Source: Atractiella rhizophila (Eukaryota). From it: a DNA stretch of 64,000 nt. Shown here piece after piece: positions 40,301-58,010 of the stretch. Each line of letters begins with the position of its first letter. The first letter of the stretch is position 1. The position numbers and the translations under genes were made by a program. Under the pieces are notes generated by a model. That model did no database searches. It was not told the origin of the DNA and saw only the letters and a program-made list of their open reading frames with translations. The stretch spans positions 1-64,000 of the forward strand of contig MU271184.1 of assembly GCA_021432655.1 (NCBI GenBank), in the 5' to 3' direction.

Positions 40301-41400
40301 GATACTGATTTAATATGTCTAGATGCCACCCCAAACTTCAAACTCCAGTACTTCAAGTCTCAAAAGTGGCCTGACGAGTGGATCGAAGAAGTCAAACACC
40401 TTAGGATGGAATACTTGGAGAAGAACTATCCGGATGTGGTGAGGGTCTGGGACCTCGAACAAAAATAAACAGAAGTCGGTTCGTGTCTTGATTTCTTATA
40501 GGAATGCCATTCTTATTGACCTTATATAGACAATCATGGAAAGCATAAGTTTCTTTGACGACCTTATCAACAGCAACGACGGAGCAGGCTGTAACCAGGA
40601 CCCTTCAAAGAGCCTGTGGGATCAATACAGGATGGACAGTTGCCGAGGACATCGGCAAACCATTGCTTTATTGGGAGGCACGCATGAAGGTGATGGAGAA
40701 GAAGGGTCGTGTGGATTACCTCATACAATGGGGTTTAGACACCTTGTCCACACCTGGTCTGTTACCTTTCATTTCCATCTTTCACTTCCATCCCTTGCTT
40801 AGCTCTGACTGACAAACATACTAGTAACCTCGGTTGATGTCGAACGAATCTTCTCTGTGGCAGGCAACACCATTACTCCACGCCGAAATCGACTCTGCCT
40901 TGAAAGTTCGCGTGCTGCTGTCATCCTTGGAGCGTAGGGCAAATTTTCTGGAACTGACTTGTTGGCAAGGACGGAATTCGAGGGGGAGTTGAATGGTGGT
41001 TGGGAGGGTGTCAGAAAAGGGAAGGGGAGGAAGAGAGGGAGGTCTGCAGTGGACATCAACGAGGACGAAGAGGAGGAGGGTGGTGCTAAGGTAGTTGTCA
41101 TCGAAGACAACTAACCCACGTGACGGTTGTGACTCTAAGAGAGCCCTGTCAATGTTCATGCAGCAGCTGGACGTTTGTGGTTGGGAAGGGTTGGTTGGAT
41201 TGGACTGTTGGCGCAGCGGAGGAGCCTAGCACAGCACGGGTACCCGGGCTGATGCTTGGATGATTTGCGCACAGTGTGGGTACGGCACAAGAGGTACCCG
41301 TCTCGTGAAAAAAGCCAAATGGCTGTCTCGTAACTCGTTGTGGGCGAGTACCTGCACAACGTGAGTACCCCTTCCAATCCCGTACTCGTCGATACCTCTA
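37371..41400 (+). mobile_element. Full-length hAT element; transposase ~37959-41114 with a nonsense codon at 40935-40937
   Basis: TIRs TAGAGATCTCGACGAG and CTCGTCGATACCTCTA (2 mismatches). Motifs STTDVWTASN, GDSASNN, RCLGHVLNL, HRWN and TSVDVERIFSVAG. No matching TSD seen. Confidence 0.9.
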
Positions 41401-42600
41401 TCCTATATAAATAAGAGAGGTAAAGTAAATATATTCTTAATAAGATAAATCATAATTTTATTATTATTTATATAGATAGATATAATAAGTAATCATAAAG
41501 ATAATTATTCAATATTATCAGGTTTTATTAGTATTGAACACATGATAAAATATATATCACATGGATAATTGTTAAGTTATATATATAATAATATAGTAAT
41601 ATTCATCTTCTTTATATTACATATTATGCATAGTTAAAGCATTATTCCATTTATCTTATATAAAAATTTTAAATACTAAATATCTCTCTATTACCATTTT
41701 GTGCAATATTAAGAGCAATATTTAATAAAAGATGTGGAGTAATAATGACGTTAGGATCAATATTAATATTAACAATAAGATGATATTTACATATTTTAAT
41801 TTGTCTGAGTTTAGACATATATATTTATATCATTCTATGATATTTATAATAGGTTGTGTAGTTTTATTAATTGTTAGATTTTTACATAATGTTGTTTGAG
41901 CTACATTAGGTATATTCAAGCGTATTGCCAAATTTTATTCCATAGTAAACTGTATCAATGATCTTCTTATCTCTAATTAAATATTAAATATTATTACAAA
42001 AGACTTATTTTAAATAAAATAAACAATATATTATTTAAATAAATAATATATTATTGTTATTGTTATTATTATTATATACAGATATAATAAAAATAGTAAC
42101 TAAAGATATTGTTAAATAGATTAAGTGAATATAGAAAAGAGGTGGTCTAAATAGCATTAGCAAAATTTATAAGATTATTAATGTGTTTTTTAGCAAATAT
42201 ATTCTAATACATAACCTTAAAAGAAATCCAAGTAAATAATTTTTAATTTCAATTTATCAACTTTATTACTTAATAATATTTATTTAATTACATTCTGAAC
42301 CAAAACAGCATATTAAGAATAGGAATAAAAATCAAAAAGGGATTCAAAAGTAGTGACCAAAAGTAGTGACGAACGAAATTAAAATTAAGCAAAAATATTA
42401 ATTTAAATTATAATATTCATTTAACTATTATTTTGTTTATAATACAATGATTATAAATCATTAATATAACATACCTCATCTTATATAAATATAATAATTT
42501 TTTTTAAAAAATAAAACATTTTAAGAAAGATACATTCTTATTATTTATTATAAACTAAGGTATTATGTCTATAATGTTTATAATAGATATATTCCTCTCT
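41401..42600 (+). other. Extremely AT-rich island, probable nuclear mitochondrial insertion with a degenerate cytochrome b fragment
   Basis: Abrupt shift to very high A+T content. 41688-41770 translates LLPFCAILRAIFNKRCGVIMTLGSILIL, resembling the cob motif LLPFYAILRSIPNKLLGVI..ILIL. In-frame TGA codons follow. Confidence 0.65.
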
Positions 42601-45170
42601 AGTATCCATGATTGTACATTTGTAGATTCCTCCCCTTTAACGTTGCCTCTCTTCCCAGTGATCCTAAATGGGCCTATCCATTGTGCCTCAAGTTTCCGTG
42701 AGTGTTGTGTTCGAATTATGCTGTCCAGGACCATTAAATGCTCCCCCAGCTTGAAATTAACGGGGTGGGCATGCTTGTCAAAATTCTCCTTCATTTTCGT
42801 CATGTACTTGACCCTGTTTGTAAATGCGTGTTCCCTCTTTGCCTCCATCTGACCCAAATACACCTCAATTTCCTTCCTAGATGGCTTCTTCCCTTCCTCC
42901 GCAAAATCCCTAACGTCCTCTTGTAAGTGCCTACCTGTCTGATGAGTTCCATCCATGAAGTAATTCTGTAGGCATGAATTTGTGGCTCCTGCTCCTGTCA
43001 CAATTGAGGGAGTTGATGTCGTCCTCCATCCTTATTGCCCAAAACCTGTTTGTATCTGTTTCATCCTGGAGGAGCATTCTTTTGGCATCGTTTGAGGTAT
43101 ATATGGTGTTTGTTCTCGAGGAATCCATTCACAGATGGTTGCAGGGCTGGCATGAAGTGAGCTGTCGTCTCTACTTCTTTCCTCCATGACTTCAATTCCT
43201 CATTGTTGAAAGTTCCTCCTCCATTAAACATTGCATGCAATGGTGGTCCTGCATGGTTGATAACTTTGTTGAATATTTGCATACCTAGTTCTGCCTTTTT
43301 GTTTGTTGACATCACTGCCCATTGGAAGCCTGTGAAGTGGTCACACGCTATTGCTATCTTGCCCCCCCGGTTTCCCTAACATTCATACATTCTTGTATTC
43401 GGGTAGTGATAAGACATCAGATGAGACCAGGAAAAGTGTTGCGAGTTTGAGGATACTGTCCAGAAGGAAATTTCGGCACGAAGGTCCATAACGTTGACAT
43501 GTTGGGCAGGAGAGGATGTGCTCCGTTACATCCGCTTGGATTGTCGGCCAATAGAACTCCTGTTTGATGTGCAACAGTGTTAGGTCTCGTCCTCCGTGCC
43601 TTGCTTCTCATCTGTTGATATGACCAACTTTGTCACTTCCTTTTTGGGTACGCATTTATGCTCCCTTCCCTTTTGGACAAATGGGAGCTCTCCCTTCCCA
43701 TAAGTAGGATGTTGCTCTGCGACGGGTGATGTCCTTTAGGTGGTCTAGGATGCCTTCTTTGAGCTTGAGGAATAGCACTACTTGATTAGTGCATTTCCTT
43801 CGGGGTCACTTTCGACGATTGTCACCTATTGTACCTCCGGTCCCTGAATGCTTCCTGGAAGGATTCATCCTTTGGGCATTCCGTTTTCATCCAGGAACTT
43901 ATTATTTTATCCCAAGATTTCTTCTTAGGTGCCTTTGACGTCATGTTGCAGCAGTAATTTACTGTTCCCGACATAAGTTCTATTCGATTAATGTTGTAAG
44001 TCAATAAGCACTCTCTCCAACATTCACGTGCAGGCCTGAGCTTCTCTTTTTGAGTACGGTGAGGAGGGAGCGACTGTCTGTAGCATAAGTTCTCTCCAGT
44101 AATCAAAACTGTATTTGAGCCCTACCAATTCAAGTAGGGGTGCCGAATACAGTGATTCACTTGGTGGAGTCTTTGTAAAGCATAACCCACTGGGTGAATA
44201 AAACTATCCTCAAATATTTTGACTGAGTACCGCCGTGAAACCATGCTGTCATGCATGAGATTGAACTAAGAATTTAGAGCTGATGGAGAAGACAGGGGAA
44301 CATAGAACTGCGGCAGTGCACACCGCAAGCTTCAATGACCTGATGGCATGCCTATGCTCATCTGTTAGCTTCCACTGGAGGAATTCGCCCTAGAGTCCGC
44401 TTAATGGCCCCTGGCTTGTTCTTTCCATCGGGACACTTGTCTGCAGGAGTGAGAGGGGCTGCAAGTGCTAGCGGTCATAGACAGTTGGTGATTTTTACAA
44501 AGTCAGAGATGAGGTTTTGGTGACCTCCTGCACCAGCTGTGCTGAGGAACCTGAGCATTTCTGCTGGGTTGGTGGGTTCCGGCATGTTCATGATCGCATC
44601 AATGTGGCTGGCATCCGCCTTTAACCCTTCTTCAGCCACTACCATGCTGCACAATCGTACGCGTGAGACAAAGAACTGTCCTTTTAATGCCATTACTGAT
44701 ATTTTGGTAGCTCTGCTATGTTGTAAGAAACATCTTAGGAGTTTGAAAGTTCCTTCGAAGGTTCTTTCCCCACCAATAACATCGTCTACCCACCATCCCA
44801 GGTGTCCCCTTTCTTGTTGCCGATGACTCCCGAAGGCACGATCCATCATCTCCCAATAGATCTCTAGAGATCCGATGAGTCTGAGTGCCATTACTTTGAA
44901 CGGAAAAAGTCCTCACCCAGGATCGTAGAAGGCCATCTTTTCAATGTCTTCTTCCAGCATGAATATGGCATAGAACCCCCTGCACATGTCCACGCAGAAG
45001 TAGAACTTGTTTCCTGCCATTTGGTTCAAGCTGGATGCCGGGAATGGTGTTGACTCCCGGGCTGCATTCAGTCCCAGGAAGGCCATATCTGGATAACCTT
45101 TTACGATTTCGACAGTCAGGGCAACAATGTTTTTCAACCCCCCAGCGGCATTGGGATCCATAGATTTTAC
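42600..45170 (-). mobile_element. Degenerate Ty3/gypsy pol (RT, RNase H, integrase)
   Basis: CVDMCRGFYAI and WVDDVIG (RT); HIKQEFYWPTIQADVTEHILSCPTCQ (integrase HHCC); RKLEAQWIGPFRI (GPF/Y). Domain order is RT-RH-INT. Confidence 0.9.
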
Positions 45171-45419
45171 AAGCTACGAAGTAATGATGAACCCATTAGC
45201 CGACATGACCAGGATGAAAAGGTGAACTCACAAGTTCCTTCAACTTAGACCATTTCTGCTCTGCATGATGATCAATTCGCTCCATTACCTTCTTCTTCAT
45301 TGTTTGATTCTTCCAAATGGACTCTAAACTTAGCAGCGTCATGCCATTACATTCCCGTTCCAATATACAGTCCTATCAGCAATCAGATACCATTTAAATG
45401 CTCGTGGCAGTGGGAGGAT

Positions 45420-46090
45420 TCACTTTTGAGACTTGATGCACTGGAGTTTGAAGTTTGTGGCGGCATCTAGATCTATTAAATCAGTATCTTGTACATGAAG
45501 ATAATGAAGAACCTGCACATTGCCATGTGATAAAAAGGGGAAACATCCGTGAGCAAGTAATACTTGTTGAGGATCTTCATGCCAGCAACTGCAGCATGGC
45601 GTGATCTTCAAGATCTTCTCATCTGAACGAATCCTGTCAAGGTATGCTTGCAGTTTATCCATGATCGGAATGACAAGATATGCAAGAGGAACTCCTTTCT
45701 GCAATATATTAGCCTCATGATGACAAATGAAACTAAGGGAAATAAATACTTACTCCTTACAATAGTATACGAAATACAACACACCTGAGAGGGTATGCCG
45801 CTTGTACCCCTTCAAATCTCCCGCAATCTCAATGCAAAAACGAGCGTAAAGCTGTTTTGTCTTCTCTGAAACCCAACTGCGCTTGTGGTGGCCTGTCACA
45901 TAAATGTACATTAACAAAATGATACCGTATCATCGTCAAAAGACCTGAAGGGATGTACAGTGCAGAGCCTTTGTACGGCACGACAAGTATCTGTCCTGCA
46001 AGATAGCCCAAGATTGCTGCTTCATAACTCGTTGTGTGTGAATACCTGTGGCTCAAGTACCTACAAATATTGAACTCATCGACATCTCTA
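45420..46090 (-). mobile_element. Internally deleted, inverted copy of the hAT element at 37371-41400
   Basis: TIR TAGAGATGTCGATGAG at 46090, with blocks matching ~37371-37500, ~38140-38330 and ~40085-40370 (QKGVPLA..VIPIMDKLQA). Confidence 0.9.
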
Positions 46091-46109
46091 GTGTCACCAG
46101 ACATTCATG

Positions 46110-49100
46110 TCAAAAGAGCCCTCTTTCTAGTTGTTGTCCACAGTGTTCCAACCACATTTGATCCATCCTCTGAAGATCCCATTGAACAATTAGTTGCTTT
46201 CATGGGGACACTTATCCCATCCCACATGCATGATGGCTCAACCCCAACGGCCTAACATCCAAAGAATTAGGCTTGGTACACAGTTTTGGATTCCGTCAAA
46301 AACCTGTGACCCTCCCATCCCCTTCCCCTTAAGGGGATCCCACGTAAGCGGCGGGAAAATCCTTGCTGGGGAAGGGAAGGGGACGGGAAACACATTTACG
46401 AATTCGAAACTCGTGGCTACCCGTGGGTTTGCACGGTTTCTCGAGCAACTGTGCACAAGTTTTCACGCTTGATCATATGCTTCACTCCCGTCCCAACTTG
46501 AAAGTAGAGCCCGAGATTTTAAACAGTCCTCGAACAGTCCGTCATTCCCTCCTCTTTTATGTCATGGGTGAGCGGGAGAGAGAAGTGGATGCCTTCCACT
46601 CGATTCTGCGCGGGCAAAGGAGAAAGAGCTATGAAAAGCATAGAGTACAATCTGCTTCTGAAAGAACCCGGATGAGAATATTGGCAAAATTAGTGATTAA
46701 AGAAGTTCTCTGAAGTTGAGTGTACCGAGTGTGCTCCTCCTTCAATGAACTGTGCAGATGGGTTTGAGTCCCTGCGATGAGAGCACCACAAAGAAATAAA
46801 TGAAACATTCAAATTCCCAGCAAATGAATGTGCTGTTGATGGCTATCGGCAGCTTCTGTCTGGCTGCTGGAACACAAAAAATGTCAGTGCCTGCTTCAGA
46901 CGAGTCCATTGGGGATGACATACCGCATCCGTGTGCTCTGTTGACCTTGCAATTGGTAGAAGATTGCCTCTATCGGCCGTACCCAGAGGCGAAAAGTTAT
47001 AAAACAGGACTGATTTCCTGGCAATCACTTGCACTCATTTCTTGTCTGGTATTCCATCATGTCCAAGCGCACTCGGAAAGATTCGATGAATTCTGACACC
47101 AGTCATCAGAGCCCCTGCCGAACCCCTGACCCTCAAAATATTGCTACCATCGAGCTTGATTCATCAGATGATGATGTTGGGGATTCCATTTGTAGGTCTC
47201 CTCGAAAGCACGCTCGGGAACTACCACGAGGGGTGGACTTCAAGATGGACAGCAGCATTGACGGTTGGAAGGATGATGAGATCATTGGTTGGTCTTCTTC
47301 CGAGAATCCATCCAAATCTTTTTCTGATATTACAATAGACTTCGATATTCAACACTGGGGAAGGTCCAAAGTTCAAAAGAATAGCGACAAACCGAGCGTA
47401 TATCTTCATTATCACGAACACCCAATTCTTCGTCGCGGTACCTATCTGAAGGACACACGATCTGGTAGAAAGTCAGGAGAACTTCGCATTTTCTACGCGT
47501 TTGTCTGCAAGACTAACCTGAACCACACGTATGAATGTGCTCGCGATGACGGAAGCACCAAAGGCTTGCAAGTTAGCGCTGACAAATGCGTTGAGGTTGG
47601 TCTTTTGTGAGCTTTAGATAAGGATATAAAAAGACTGTCTACAGGGCAACGAAGGATCTTCAAAGAGCCAGCAAACAAAACTTGTGGTCAGCAAGAATTA
47701 GCTATGGGTCAACTCGATGGACCAGACGGACCGCGACACGTACCGACGTGTCCTTGCCGCTCTCTGGTGCACCACTTCAGCTCGTCCGTTCAATGTCACA
47801 CACGATCATTATTTCCAAGAGATCCTCAAGCTTGGGAACGGTGGATCAGAGAGTGTTCCAAACATTGATCGTCACAGAGTAGTAGAGGATGCGAAATTCT
47901 TGCAGGAGTACGTGCGCGCTAAGGTGAAGGCCAGAATTTCGGTACGTGCCGAGTTTGAATCCTATATACAATACTAATAACTGTCAAAGGCTGCTCCTGG
48001 GAACTTTTTCATTACGCTGGACGGCTGGACAGCTCCTCAGGGCTTCAGTTATGTCCTTGTCTACCTTCACTTCCGCGAGCGGGGAGATGCAAAGAAAGTT
48101 GCTCTTGGTTTCATTCGGTACAAAGTCCTTCATTGTGAGAACCCATTTAATGTAGGAACAGGGTTCTTGATTCACATACGGGAGATAACATTGCTGCTTT
48201 GGTCTATGGCTTATTGGATTCATATGAAGTGTGCGAGAGGGTGCGTGTTCAAGTCTGCTCATGGAGTCTTTCTTCGAGAGTTGACATTCTGCGCAGGTCA
48301 TGGCTCCAACGTGCGACAGTGCGTCTAACAACAATACATTCACAATGGCAATGGAAAACAGGGTCAAGTATCCGAAGATGCTTCTCTGGAGAGCAGATTT
48401 GCGAGTGTGATGCTTTGACCACGTACTCAACTTGGTTGCAAAGGTACGGTTCTGGCAGTAAAATGTGATGGGAGACTGATTAGATGATGCAATGTCCAGG
48501 GATTTTTGAGTCGTTTCAAGAAGCCAGTTACGAAGAAACGAGTCATAGCAGGCATTGGGACTTCCATCACTGCGGATGAAGTGGCATTATCACAATTGGA
48601 AGCAGAACTGAGAGAGTCGGGGTTCACTGAAGAAGCAGAACTAGAAGGTATGGTTTAGCCAATTGGTCTAACAATCTAACGCTTCTGCTATAGACCAAAG
48701 TGAAGAAGTGCAAGCACAAGCGGCTGCAATTGATCTAATTCGGGAAGAGGCTGCTCCGAAAGCAACTTGTTCTCCGAAGGAAGAATTAGAGGCATGTTTC
48801 ATGCTCACAAAGGTACGCTGCATGCATTGTCTTTCACCCTTCACCGTCCTTTAATCAACAAAATAGCTTGCGAATCTGGCCAAAAGGACAGCCTTGAACG
48901 ATGGGCTTAGAAGCAAACTTGACGATGAGGTTGCTGCTCTCCAAAAAGAGGATCCTGAAGGACCTCTTAAGTTTCTATCTCCCCCTGTGCACCTTGTCAA
49001 AGCCTGTCCCACACGTTGGAATGGCGAAGATGCGATGATTGATCGAGCAATAGACTTGGAGGACGCATTGCGAATCTTGTGGTAAACCGAGCTTAAAACT

Positions 49101-51000
49101 TGAGCGATGCCGATTGACAAGAACGGAGTGGGAAATTATGGAGCAAGCAAATCCGACCCTGCAAGTATGTTTTTCCTGTTTATTTTTTTTATCCAAAAGC
49201 TAAGACTTTGCTTTAGCTGTTCCAACAGGCAACAGACTGGATGTCGAGGGCCAACTTCTCCAATTTAGCCAGTGTCATCCCCCTCTTCAATAATATCGGT
49301 GTCCATCTCTCTTGCCTCTATGAAACTTACGAGCTTGATGGCGAAATCCACTTCCCTGACAAGCACGCTGCTGTCCAAGCCGGCGCTGCAACTGCACAGG
49401 CAGTTTTGGACAAATATTTTCTGAAAGTAGTTGAAGATTCAAAGATCTATCTATGGGCTCTTTGCAGGTTTTCACTACTCAAACATTTCAGCATTGAAAC
49501 TGACAGATACTCAAGCGCTTCATCCCAGCCGCTGGGCTGCATACTTGAAAAAATTGGATTGGGAAGAGGCTTGGATCATGGAAGCCACGGATAGCTTACA
49601 GGAGTTTCAGCAGCAGCATTACAAAGCAGAAACGGGTAATTCTGTGCGTCCAACCCGGAACCTCTATACTTTCCTTCCCACAATTAAGTCCTAATTTGTT
49701 GCTCACAGGCATCCACCTCTGTGCCACGCCTACGAAAGAAGGCTCGGACATTGTACGAACTCGACGCAATGATTGACGATGCAGACGATACCTCCACTGC
49801 CGACTACCTTGTAGAGTTTATCAAAGGTGTCCCGTTGCCTATCAAGACCCCTGCAGGATGATTCTGGGACAACAGAATTGGATGGCCTCAAGTACCACTA
49901 TCAGCAATGGCGAGAGGCGAAGCGCGCAAAGGAGCATTTCCGTGTGAAGTTCCATGAGATGGCCATGGATATTATGGCAGTCCCAGGTATGCAGCTTCAT
50001 TCATCTCTGTTTTTTACATTGATTGAAGGTGCTAGCAACTTCGGTGGATGTTGAGCGTGCCTTTTCAGGGGGTCGTCTGACGGTTGCTTACTTGCGTCAT
50101 CAATTGTCGGACCCCGTCTTTCGTTCGGCCATGATGCTCAAGCTCTGGGAGCAGGATGGATTCATGCCTCCTATGAAGGAGTTATTTGGAGCTGTGAAAC
50201 AGAATGACAGGAAGAAGAGGAAGGGAGCAGAGGCGGCAAGGAAGAAGGCGGCGGCGGAGGCAGAGCGCGGGGAGGGAAGCATGATGATTGATTGATTGAT
50301 TGATAGGTGAATGATTAATGATTATTGAACTGTGCAGAGAGGTTAGTAGAGTACATGGATAATAATATTGATATCGCCCCTCCCATCCCGTCAGTGTCCC
50401 GTGAACCCTTTGGCTCCCGCCCCCTCCCAGCAATACTGCGGGAATGCCCCTGCAACAACGGGGAAACCCTTGAGGGTTCGAGGGCGGGTACGGGATGGCA
50501 TCAGAGCGCCAAAACTTCCCGGAAAAACCCACGGGGCCACGGGTTCCCCGTGTACCAAGCTTACAAAGAATGTATCCCCAAAACCCACTCTTCCCTAGTC
50601 CTCTTCTTCGAAGATGAACAACCTGCCAACCACTTCCTTACCCACCAAGCAAGCCTCAACGGAGCGCTCCTCCGAACTGAAAATACCGATATCCCACAAT
50701 TCAATGCTTCAACTGCCAAGGTCTCGGACATCTCGTGCATTCCTGCATGAAACCAACTCCCACATGTGCTGTTTGTGGGGAAACCCACCATACCTATGAG
50801 TGCAACCAACATTGCAACGGCTCCTCACCATGTCAAGATCAATCAAAGTGCTTGTACATCAGCTTAAAGTGTGCACTCAGCTCTGGAGCACACCGTTCTA
50901 CCAGCAAAAAGGATTGCCAAATTTGGAAGAAGGAAGTAGAAACCACAGCAGTGTTGGCCTGAAGGGCAAAGACCTTAAATTCTTTAAGGATTACCACGGT
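46110..51000 (+). mobile_element. LINE ORF1 (gag-like) remnant interrupted by the hAT at 46268-50563
   Basis: VVHSVPTTFDP before the insertion. After it, KTHSSLVLFF..QCFNCQGLGHLVHSC..CAVCGETHHTYEC..CAL..GAH (zinc knuckles typical of fungal LINE ORF1). Confidence 0.7.
46268..50563 (+). mobile_element. Complete hAT element with TIRs and 8-bp TSD; transposase ~47059-50295 (TGA at 48408-48410)
   Basis: TIRs TAGGCTTGGTACACAG and CCGTGTACCAAGCTTA. TSD CAAAGAAT at 46260-46267 and 50564-50571. Motifs ITLDGWTAP, CDSASNN, CFDHVLNL, CPTRWN and ATSVDVERAFSG. Confidence 0.95.
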
Positions 51001-51663
51001 GTACCTTAAGATCATTGCAAAAAATCGACAATGTCAAACCTTCCTTTAATAAGGCTTAACCAGCTCTATATGTATGTAGAACCTTTCAGGAATTTTTTTT
51101 CGATGCCACCTGTGTTCTCATTTCAATTTGATGCTCTGCTTTACATTGGAGTTGTATCTCTTCTTGACAGTTTTGATTTGCTTCCCTTACCTCCCTTTCT
51201 CCTTTAGCCATCGCGACGTCAGCCAAGCCTTCACAGCAATCATGCTATTGCTACCTTCTCCCTGTCGTTAGGGGGAAGTGATGCTGACTTTCGGTGATGT
51301 AGTTAGCATTGACTTCCCAGAGCTACGTTGACTATAGTCTGACAGCTCTTTAATATGATAACAACAACAGCAGCGTGTGCAGAGCAGAGTACAGAGAACG
51401 AGCAAGTTGCTTACTACAAAAACATCACATTCATTGCAGTTATCTTCGTCAACAAACATTCCACACTCCACAGTCTACATATCATGTATTCAAGTAGTAC
51501 ATCCCTGATCAATCGGTCAGAGAAAGAAACTCATTTCGACCAAGCATTGACTCGTGAAGAAAGAAAAGCATAAGGGTACATAAATCTGAAGAGAGAGGAC
51601 AACCAAACTTCGTTTCTTCCTTCGTTTCTCGATTTCGACTCAAGGGACCTGCAGAGTTCTTTT

Positions 51664-55604
<3,941 letters not shown>

Positions 55605-56413
55605 AAGGATAGTGTAAATATGCTCTTCTTAGGCTTGATATAAGAAGAGAGAAGAGCAGACTACAGGCTTCTTCAAGAGAAGTCAGGTTGCGGAAATTGG
55701 GATGTGTCCCTTTTATGCCCTCGCTCTCCACCCACTCTAATTCAACTATCCCGGTTTACCATGGTCCTTATCAGCACGTTCAGAAGACGGAGTAACTTCC
55801 TTCATGGTTGCAACTCCGCTGCTGACTTCCACAACTAGAATCTTCGCTGGCTTCACCCTGGAGTGCTTGCACCGTAACCTTACGTTACGAGAGTGCAGCT
55901 CATGAGCCTCAACCCTGAAAACTAGATTGATTAGCTATTGTGGCCGACCTGACATTGGATAAATATCATGATGGATAAACAGCGGGAGCAACCCTCCACA
56001 TTTCAACGTCAACCTTCTGATGCTTGTCGTCTACTCTTAACCTTCCCTCCTCGCTGAACTCACAATCTTGAATGTTGTTTGTGGCGCTGTCAATGAGACT
56101 GTACTGAGCATGGACTGGATAAAGTCCCTAATCGCATCCCTTAAATGGACCACGAGCCTCCTTCATCATCGGCGTCACGGTAAGAATGTTTCAATATCGC
56201 TGTTGGTGCTTGGTCAATAATCACGGACACCACCACTTGGTCCAAACACCCCTCTCCGAACCAACGATGTGCAGCTTTTCCCTAGATCGAACAATAAAAT
56301 AACGAAACTCTTTGCTGTAAGGGGCCGACGTCTCTCCGTCTCTCCGCCAGTCTAGCAGACCCGTCCCCCAAGGGGTCGGAGACCGTCGGGGTTAAAACAG
56401 GTCGACTAGTTTT

Positions 56414-58010
56414 GTGCTGCGGGGAAACTGTTCGTTAGGCCTTGATGCAACCCTCAAAGTCGCCAAGAATGCAAACATTTACACTACCGTGAAGGAGACT
56501 GGTGGTCGTCAAAAAGTACAAGTTACAAATATTTTTGGTGGAGGATTATTGATGATGGTAAATGAGGACCGAGAACTTGTTGGATACTTAAGTTATAAGG
56601 TTCCTGCCATCTGTAAATTCAAGGCCTAATGATAACAATCCAGGAATTTCTTGTTGGAAACTCACCGCTCGAGATGGGTCCACCACTTCAAGATTTTGCT
56701 CAACATGCACGGCTCCTTGGAGTCGACTTTGAAGGTAGCGGGCAGGCATGTGTTGACCTCTGCTGTCAACATAGGAACAGTATCCTTCTCTATGTGCCCA
56801 AACTCTGGATTGGTCAGGATCTAGCACATCTCGAAATACGTGTCTTTGAAACAATTCGTCATATCAATCCAGCACGAGCAGAATTTGTTGTGGCATTTCG
56901 AGAGGCAATCCTGAAGAAGAAGGCAGACTTGCAAGATGGGGTTGCTGAGTATTATTCAGTTAAAGAAAGCTTGGAGCAGCTTACAAAAGTTCAAGAAGAA
57001 TCCTGATCTCTGGAACAAGTGCTACGCCACATTCGAGCTTCAAAAAGGTCACATTGCAAAGGGATGCCTTACTCCGAAGCATCAGCAACTCCTGTTTACA
57101 CCATTAAATAAAATATGAAAAGTGGCATAATGCGGCTGACAAGCCATTTCGTGGATCAGCTTCTTCTCTTACAACTATTATAAGTGTGCTTCCCAATACC
57201 TTCTTCCACAGAAACCTCCTTGTCAAAATTAAGAACCTCTCTCAGCCAGCTGACTGACCGTCATGAGCATTTCGGAAGCTATTGAGGCTGGTACCCACCA
57301 CATCTTTCTTATGGATCAGAATCTTTGCCTGGAAGAAATCTTATACCTAAACTGCTGGACGTCTTTTCAAAGCATGAGTTTGGATTGGTTAAGCATGAAA
57401 AGTAGTATGTTTTCTGTACTTGCTACTGGGAGTAGTACATTTATTGATATTCCACGAGTTTAGATTTAGAGGAGTTGATCTAGATTGCTATAATGTGAAG
57501 CAAAAGAAGCTCCTTCAAACTCTCAAACCAGATGATATCAAACACCCGGAAGTGATTGTTATGGCTGTTATGAATGGAATGATTGTTATGAATGGTGAGC
57601 TTCTGTGGACTCTGACGTTGAAATGGAGGTGTTTCCAAAGGCTGTAAGTCTTCTCTTGCCCAGTTTTCTCAACATGAGAATATATTCATATTGAGCCGTT
57701 ATAGAAACCGAGAACACTCTTTTACAACATTCTATAATCAGTTCATCTTGCTTGCCAGAAAATTGCATGGCGACTCAATTGGATAGTGATGATGATGCCA
57801 CTACTATGCTCACCATCTCCTCCAAACGCCCTCATCTAAATCGAGAACTTTTGGAGCCGGATATCAAGCCACCTCCACTAGCTTCTTTTTGGAACTTTAT
57901 AAAATCGAACCAGTCCCCATCTTCCACAAGTATGGATGTGGAAGCACAACCACCACCAGTTCCTCTGCCTATGAATGTCTCCCAATCTCGACCGTCACAG
58001 ACCTTTACTT
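56414..58010 (+). pseudogene. Degraded putative DDE transposase (D..D..DxxH..E group), homologous to 302-2062
   Basis: LDATLKVA, LLMMVNE, VDLCCQHR, QDLAH and HIAKGCL; frameshifts and stops; truncated by a gypsy fragment at ~58010. Confidence 0.6.

Noticed and set aside
41401..42600. tRNA or rRNA genes in the AT-rich island
   Set aside because: No cloverleaf or conserved rRNA motif could be recognised by eye.
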